From: Bacillota bacterium
GTDB taxonomy: Bacteria > Bacillota > JAAYKD01
Direction: 5' to 3'
Length of the DNA stretch: 64,000 nt
Assembly (NCBI GenBank): GCA_963666425.2
Contig: OY762825.2
Span: 192,001-256,000 of the forward strand
This document shows positions 58,258-64,000 of this stretch, in pieces. A program made the position numbers and the translations under genes. The notes beneath the pieces were generated by a model. The model saw nothing but the letters and a program-made list of their open reading frames with translations. It ran no database searches and was not told where the DNA came from. Numbering within the stretch: the first letter of the stretch is position 1; the number at the start of each line of letters is the position of its first letter.

Positions 58258-59103
58258 TCATTTCTTTCTTGTAATATATTGTGCACTGGCATTCAGAATC
58301 ATGATGATGACAAAAAGCACAATACCGGTAGCGAAAAGGGCTTGTTGATGCTCGCCAGCCGCATAACCCATCTCAATGCCAATATTGGTAGTCAGGGTTC
58401 GAGCTGGGTCCAGAATCGATTGAGGAATAGCGACGGCATTACCCAACACCATAATCACAGCCATCGTTTCACCAATGGCGCGGCCGAGTCCAAGAATCAC
58501 AGCGGCAACAATACCGGATTTGGCTGCCGGCAGCAACAGATAATAGATAGTTTGCCAATGCGTTAAACCCAAGGCAAAAGCACCCTCGCGATATTGCCGC
58601 GGTAAGGCAAGCAAGGATACTTCAGAGATGCTGATGATGGTTGGCAAGATCATAATCGCCAGGATAATCGATCCGGCCAAGATACTCAAGCCCGGACCTC
58701 CTAAATAATTACGGATCATCGGTACTATGAAAAGTACACCCCAAAAGCCAAAGACGACCGAAGGGATCCCAGCCAGCAATTGAATCGCCGGTCTGAATAG
58801 TTTTCTAACCGTTGCGGGAGCAAACTCCGTTAAAAAAATACTGCAGCAAATAGCTACCGGAACACCTAAGACTGCGGCTCCCAGGGTTACGGAAACGGAA
58901 CCAACAATCATAGGAAAAATGCCGTAAGCTCCCTGGCTGGGAGCCCATTTCATACCGAAAACGAAATCGATCACGCCAACCTTGGCGATAATCGGTAACC
59001 CATGCATAAAGATAAAGACAGTAATCAATGCCAAAGCCGAGAGAGCCGAAAGGGCAATCACCAGGAAAATGTGTTCCGATAGGTTTTCTTTGAATTTTTT
59101 CAT
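58258..59103 (-). CDS. pstC: Phosphate ABC permease PstC
   Basis: W.P...YGIFP.IVGS, LLAGIPSVVFG, GRAIGETMAV; ATG 59103 overlaps the pstS stop. Confidence 0.93.
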   Translation of the reverse strand: MKKFKENLSEHIFLVIALSALSALALITVFIFMHGLPIIAKVGVIDFVFGMKWAPSQGAYGIFPMIVGSVSVTLGAAVLGVPVAICCSIFLTEFAPATVRKLFRPAIQLLAGIPSVVFGFWGVLFIVPMIRNYLGGPGLSILAGSIILAIMILPTIISISEVSLLALPRQYREGAFALGLTHWQTIYYLLLPAAKSGIVAAVILGLGRAIGETMAVIMVLGNAVAIPQSILDPARTLTTNIGIEMGYAAGEHQQALFATGIVLFVIIMILNASAQYITRKK

Positions 59104-59975
59104 TTTATCGTCCCTTCTGCCGGGGGAATCAATCCCTCGTTGCTCAGGATGGTCTGCCCTTGCGCCGAGAGCGTGAAATCGATGAATTGTTTGGCAATTC
59201 CGTTTGGCTGACTGCTGCAAATGAATAAGAATGGTCTGGTCAGATTATAACTGCCATTGAGAACGTTATCTCTGGTTGCTGCAATTCCTTCTAATTGAAG
59301 CGCTTTAACTGCTGGATTGACTAATCCTAAGGAAATATAACCTATCGCATTGGGATCGTCTTTCACTAGTTGCAGTACCGCTCCATTGGAATCCTGGACG
59401 ATCGCTCTGGAAGTAATTTCGGTTTTTCCCATCACCAATTCAGTAAAGGCGCTTCTTGTTCCGGAACCTTCCTCCCGCGTGATAACATTAATCTTAGCGG
59501 CAGCACCACCCAATTGACTCCAGTCGCTGCTGCTGGCAGAATAGATATCACGCAGTTGATTCAAAGTCAGATTCGCTACCGGATTCGCCGGGTTGACGAT
59601 AACAGCCAATCCATCGCGTGCGATTTCCACAAACCAGAGGGTTTTTTCTTCCGCTTTTAAAGCACGGGAAGACATGCCGATATCAGCGGTACCGGATTGC
59701 GCAGCGTTAATACCGGCGGAGGAACCTCCGCCTTGGATATCAATTTCAGCGCCGGAATAGAGGATCATATATTCTTCGGCTAATATCTCGGCGTACGGCT
59801 GCACTGAAGTGGAACCGGCTAAAATGATCCCGTTCGTATCCGTCTTATTGCAAGCAGTCGTCAGACACAGGGCTAGCAGTATAAGAATGATTGCGAGCAT
59901 GCTGGATATTTTCTTACGAAGTTTTAAGTTTACTATCTTCGATCTCATCGTTTGCATACAACCATCAAACAGCAA
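59100..59975 (-). CDS. pstS: Phosphate-binding lipoprotein PstS (start uncertain)
   Basis: Lipobox-like TTAC; GSTSV, GGGSSAG, DIGMSSR, REEGSGTR, AIGY.S. Confidence 0.92.
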   Translation of the reverse strand: MLFDGCMQTMRSKIVNLKLRKKISSMLAIILILLALCLTTACNKTDTNGIILAGSTSVQPYAEILAEEYMILYSGAEIDIQGGGSSAGINAAQSGTADIGMSSRALKAEEKTLWFVEIARDGLAVIVNPANPVANLTLNQLRDIYSASSSDWSQLGGAAAKINVITREEGSGTRSAFTELVMGKTEITSRAIVQDSNGAVLQLVKDDPNAIGYISLGLVNPAVKALQLEGIAATRDNVLNGSYNLTRPFLFICSSQPNGIAKQFIDFTLSAQGQTILSNEGLIPPAEGTIK

Positions 59976-60096
59976 GTTTTCTGTGTCAAGTCTGTTTGAT
60001 TTACTCCTTTTCCTTAAGAATCTATAAAAATTCCCGCAAAGGGAGCAGAAATTCCAAAAATAGAACTTCTTACTCCGATGAGCTGGTTATCAAATT

Positions 60097-60891
60097 TTAA
60101 CCGAAACGTCCTGTGATATAGTCTTCGGTGCGTTTGTCTTTGGGATTGGAAAAGAGCTGGGCCGTAGGTGCATACTCGACCAGAGTTCCCGCTTTATCCT
60201 GATCCATCATCATAAAAGCGGACATGTCTGATACGCGGACGGCTTGTTCCATATTATGCGTCACAATTACGATGGTATAATCACGTGCCAATTCCTGCAT
60301 GAGATCTTCTATTTTCATCGTAGATGCCGGATCCAGCGCGCTGCACGATTCATCCATCAGAATCACTTCGGGTTCCACAGCCAATGCGCGTGCGATACAG
60401 AGGCGCTGCTGTTGGCCGGGAGCAAGTTCAAAAGCAGAGTGTTTTAAATTGTCTTTCACTTCCTGCCAAAGGGCTACTTGACGCAAACTCCGCTCAACTA
60501 TATCAGTCAACTCAGCTGGGTCACTGATGTTATGATGTTTCGGACCGAAAGCGATATTATCAAAAACGGACATGGGAAAAGGATTTGGTCTTTGAAAAAC
60601 CATACCTACTTTTTTTCTTAACGCAACCACGTCTGTGTTCTTTTCGTAAATAGATGTACCGTCGAGACGAACGATTCCTGCTACTCGGACACCTGGGATT
60701 TGATCGTTCATACGGTTAAAAAGACGCAGCAATGAAGATTTGCCGCAGCCAGATGGGCCAATGATTGCTGTGATAGAACAGCTACGAATCGCAATCGTCA
60801 CGTCTTTTAAAGCATGAAAACTGCCATAATAAAGATTCACCGCTTCGGTAGAAAGTTTAATAGGCTGCTTGCTCAAAATTAGGTCATCCAT
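60097..60891 (-). CDS. pstB: Phosphate ABC ATP-binding subunit with degenerate signature motif
   Basis: GPSGCGKS, VFQRPNPF, LMDE, VTHN intact; signature reads LAPGQ; RTEDYITGRFG. Confidence 0.92.
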   Translation of the reverse strand: MDDLILSKQPIKLSTEAVNLYYGSFHALKDVTIAIRSCSITAIIGPSGCGKSSLLRLFNRMNDQIPGVRVAGIVRLDGTSIYEKNTDVVALRKKVGMVFQRPNPFPMSVFDNIAFGPKHHNISDPAELTDIVERSLRQVALWQEVKDNLKHSAFELAPGQQQRLCIARALAVEPEVILMDESCSALDPASTMKIEDLMQELARDYTIVIVTHNMEQAVRVSDMSAFMMMDQDKAGTLVEYAPTAQLFSNPKDKRTEDYITGRFG

Positions 60892-60951
60892 ATCTTACCC
60901 TCACGTTGTTTCTTATCGAATAGTTTAAAAGAAATGATTTTAGATAGATTT

Positions 60952-60982
60952 ATTATAGCAAAGAATCTAAATAAAGTCTATA
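60952..60982 (-). promoter_or_regulatory. pst operon promoter with Pho-box-like direct repeats
   Basis: Minus strand TATAGA-n5-TTTAGA (11-bp period) upstream of TGcTATAAT. Confidence 0.5.
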
Positions 60983-61175
60983 GAAACACACGGTTGTATT
61001 TCTTCATCACGTTCGAAGCTGGCAAACCCGGTTACATGTTCACACGATAATTTCTAGTCCGCTTCTTTAATATTGATGGCATGCTCTGAACGAGAAAACC
61101 AGTCAGAAAACAGTCATCCTTTCTTTGCAGCTTGCTGTTAAATAAAAAACATCAGAATTCTTCAATATTTTTTAA

Positions 61176-61223
61176 TTGACATAATGTATATTATAATATA
61201 CACTATGTTTGTTTTGAAATACA
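61176..61223 (+). promoter_or_regulatory. Sigma-A promoter overlapped by two TGT-N12-ACA operators
   Basis: TTGACA-17-TACACT; perfect palindrome TGTATATTATAATATACA (61185-61202) and TGTTTGTTTTGAAATACA (61206-61223). Confidence 0.7.
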
Positions 61224-61248
61224 TATAGTAAAAAGGAGTGAGCTTACG

Positions 61249-61767
61249 ATGTCACATCAAGAAAAAAGAACTCTCGTTTCAGTCTTAGCTGAAACAGCAA
61301 TTTTAATCACCTATTGTATCTATGCAGCAGAAAAGGCTCAAACTAGTTCAGCAATGCCGGTTGATCTGAAATCTTGGGCAATGGCAATCTTAACCTTCCT
61401 CAGCATTGGCATTGCAGCCATGATAATCATTCAGATTATCTTTCACATTCTGCTTTCGATTTCACTGGCTATCACAGAACAAGTAAAACACGGTACCTGC
61501 AATGATCCTGACCTCGAGAAGAAAATTGGTAAATCGATCAAACTTGAGATGGCAGAAGACGAAATGGATGAGTTGATTGGTCTAAAATCATCGCGGATTG
61601 GCTTTGCTGTCGTCAGTCTGGGATTTATTGCTGCTTTGCTTGCGCTTATTTTCAATTACTCCTCGGTAGTAATGCTGAACACTTTGTTTATTTCTTTTAT
61701 CGTCGCAACCATGTCGGATGGCTTAACGCAGATTTATTTTTATCATAGCGGAGTCAAAAATGGCTAA
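61249..61767 (+). CDS. Hypothetical 4-TM membrane protein paired with an XRE regulator
   Basis: AAGGAG RBS; EDEMD..I motif between TM pairs; overlaps the HTH gene. Confidence 0.75.
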   Translation: MSHQEKRTLVSVLAETAILITYCIYAAEKAQTSSAMPVDLKSWAMAILTFLSIGIAAMIIIQIIFHILLSISLAITEQVKHGTCNDPDLEKKIGKSIKLEMAEDEMDELIGLKSSRIGFAVVSLGFIAALLALIFNYSSVVMLNTLFISFIVATMSDGLTQIYFYHSGVKNG

Positions 61768-61990
61768 GAAATATCTAATTACCAACAACATTAGAAAATT
61801 GCGTTTCTTTGCCAATGAAATGACGCAGCTGCAGTTGGCAGAAAAAGCAGGAGCTTCCAGGCAGACCATCATAGCAATTGAAGCAGGAAAATACTCTCCT
61901 TCACTGGAACTCGCTTTTCGCATCGCTGACGCTTTTGATCTGCAAATCGGTGATGTTTTTCAGTGTGAAGTGAAAGAGAATGAGATTTAA
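61760..61990 (+). CDS. XRE-family HTH transcriptional regulator
   Basis: MTQLQLAEKAGASRQTIIAIEAGKYSPSLELAFRIA. Confidence 0.92.
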   Translation: MAKKYLITNNIRKLRFFANEMTQLQLAEKAGASRQTIIAIEAGKYSPSLELAFRIADAFDLQIGDVFQCEVKENEI

Positions 61991-62072
61991 GCATGCTCTG
62001 GTTGGGCTTAAATCTTTTCAAGTGCTTTACGACTGAGCAACTGTCAAATTACTGAATGGAGAGGTACAGATC

Positions 62073-63521
62073 ATGACGCAAAAAAAGGTAATTCTCATTG
62101 GCGGGGGCATGGCGGGCTTAACGGCTGCTGCTTACCTTATTCGCGCCGGATTGTCTGTAACAATTTATGAACAGCAAAGCCAAGCCGGTGGCTATATTTC
62201 TACTTTCCAGCGCAAGGGATTCATTTTTCCTGCCGGACCTAGCAGTTTTGGTTCAAACGGTGTCATCTTCCCTATTCTACAGGAACTAGGTTTGGCGGAA
62301 AAACAACGCTTTATCCCTGTCTATCATCAAATCAGTTGGGCTCAGCATGATATACCACTCAGAAACCCAAAACAGACCAGAGAAGCACTGGCGAATTGTT
62401 TTCCGGTTGAAAAATCCGCCTTGCGGCTATATTTCCGTTGGGTGGAGCACGGTGCTGCCGCCTTCCATGATTCACTAAAGAGTGGCATGATGTTTGGTCG
62501 TCATGTATTTAAATCCCTCCTGCTGACATCCATCCAACATCCTTTTTTTCTTTGGGCTGCTGCTGTTGCCAACAGACACACCAATCGCAGTCTGCATGAG
62601 CACTATTTCCAAAACGGTTTGTTGCGGCAATTATTGAATCAGCTTGGTTATCCAGTGATGTCAGGTAAAAATACATTGGGCATGTGGGCATCTTTCTACT
62701 ACGATTCTTGGCAGCCAACCGGTGGCATGCAAGCCTTTGCCGATCTCTTTGTCCATTATATCCAAGAAAAAGGCGGCGAACTTCGGTTTGGAACACGCAT
62801 CAAACGAATCAGAATAGAAAACGGTCAAGCCACAGGAGTGGAATTACCAAATGGAGAATTCATTGCTGCCGATTGGATTATCTCCGCAATCGATCTAAAG
62901 AAGACTTGTACAGAATTATTGGATGTGCAGTTCATCCCTGCTGCCATGTCCGCCAAATTGAACAGAGCTCATGCTTCCGAGTCGGTCTTTTCTGTCTACT
63001 TAGGTTTAGAAAACTCTTCGGAGTTGACAGCTGTTTTGCAGCGTTTTCAGGAAAGTCATGTTGTTTTTACCTGTGCAGATGGTAAATATCTACAGATCGT
63101 TTGGCTGAATAAAGACGATGCAACGGTAGCTCCCCCAGGTAAACAGTCTTTGTATCTTGGTTTCCTTAGCCCCTATGAAGATTGGCAGTTGCTTAAAGAC
63201 AATCACGAAGCCTATTTACAACAAAAAGCAGCTTACAGCCATGAGCTTATCGCACGGGCTGAAGAATTTTTACCGGGTTTGCAAAAACACATTGAGGTAA
63301 TCGACGCTGCCTCGCCACTGACCTATGAACGCTATACCGGTAATTGGCACGGCAGCACAGCAGGGTGGAATTGGGACCCTCAATATGCCCCACATTTCAA
63401 ATTTCCAGAGGATCTGCCGATCAAGAATTTCTATTCAATTGGTCATACTGTATTTAACCCGGGTGGTGTTCCTACCGCTATGATCACGGCTTGGTATATT
63501 GCGAAAAACATCATCGGCTAA
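62073..63521 (+). CDS. Phytoene desaturase-family FAD oxidoreductase
   Basis: IGGGMAGLTAA, GGMQ, APPGK, ASPLTYERYTGN..G, PGGGVP. Confidence 0.85.
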   Translation: MTQKKVILIGGGMAGLTAAAYLIRAGLSVTIYEQQSQAGGYISTFQRKGFIFPAGPSSFGSNGVIFPILQELGLAEKQRFIPVYHQISWAQHDIPLRNPKQTREALANCFPVEKSALRLYFRWVEHGAAAFHDSLKSGMMFGRHVFKSLLLTSIQHPFFLWAAAVANRHTNRSLHEHYFQNGLLRQLLNQLGYPVMSGKNTLGMWASFYYDSWQPTGGMQAFADLFVHYIQEKGGELRFGTRIKRIRIENGQATGVELPNGEFIAADWIISAIDLKKTCTELLDVQFIPAAMSAKLNRAHASESVFSVYLGLENSSELTAVLQRFQESHVVFTCADGKYLQIVWLNKDDATVAPPGKQSLYLGFLSPYEDWQLLKDNHEAYLQQKAAYSHELIARAEEFLPGLQKHIEVIDAASPLTYERYTGNWHGSTAGWNWDPQYAPHFKFPEDLPIKNFYSIGHTVFNPGGVPTAMITAWYIAKNIIG

Positions 63522-63628
63522 ATCAGACTAAAATAGATAAATTTAAAAACGGTAAAGAGCTACAAATCAGCTTCTTTACCGTTTTTAGGATTCCATTCCA
63601 TAGTTTTTCAATTGAAAGCAAAGATGTA

Positions 63629-64000
63629 CTAAGCTGCTTGCTTCCATCTGAAAGCAAGCACGAAGATTGCTAAATTCCCAAGAATTTCTATCGCTGAGAA
63701 AAAAGCGTAGTGAAGTGCTATATTTCCTATAAATAAAGATCCCACTTGGTAGAGAATCATCAGGCTGGAAGCTGCCATATTCGTGATCCGGTTGGCTTTA
63801 TAAGGCAGAATATTGGCTAAGAACAGCATGAGGAATGGAATCTCAAGTGAAAGACCGGCAATGAGCAAAAATCCCTGTGTCACAGGGATTCCTTCGATAT
63901 TACCAGCTAACATCATCCGTAACATCGACGCATCCATACTTGTTAAGACATCACAAAAAATGTAGTTGAGCGAGAGAACGACCCAAATCTTTGATATGAG
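63629..64000 (-). CDS. DUF6326-like membrane protein (5' end outside window)
   Basis: Frame open from the window edge: IWVVLSLNYIFCDV...EIP..M..L..ILP...NR..N. Confidence 0.65.
   Translation of the reverse strand, partial: LISKIWVVLSLNYIFCDVLTSMDASMLRMMLAGNIEGIPVTQGFLLIAGLSLEIPFLMLFLANILPYKANRITNMAASSLMILYQVGSLFIGNIALHYAFFSAIEILGNLAIFVLAFRWKQAA

Noticed and set aside
62073-63521. Phytoene desaturase-like gene as the retinal source for heliorhodopsin
   Set aside because: It lies over 50 kb away with no crtB/crtY/blh nearby, and the family includes many non-carotenoid enzymes.

Overview
Chromosomal segment of an anaerobic, probably spore-forming Firmicute (ptb-buk, rarA-yigZ-mnmA, ytfI/ytfJ, plsY, T-box regulation, sigma-A promoters). 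Housekeeping blocks alternate with AT-richer accessory islets. The islet after tRNA-Leu (about 8.8-21.2 kb) carries a heliorhodopsin-TspO cluster, a decayed transposon, an AraC/GyrI-UvrA2-peptidase module with four copies of one operator-like motif, and a BspA-type LRR surface protein. Three observations stand out. (1) An ammonium-transporter/HisKA_3 histidine kinase fusion sits with a NarL-type regulator and a second, stand-alone amtB, suggesting a self-contained ammonium-sensing two-component system. (2) A beta-eliminating lyase with tyrosine phenol-lyase specificity residues lies under a Tyr (UAC) T-box, which implies induction by tyrosine starvation and possibly a biosynthetic role. (3) The two PstB ATPases of the pst operon have reciprocally degenerate motifs, predicting a heterodimer with one active site. 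All calls come from reading the sequence and recognising motifs; no database searches were run.
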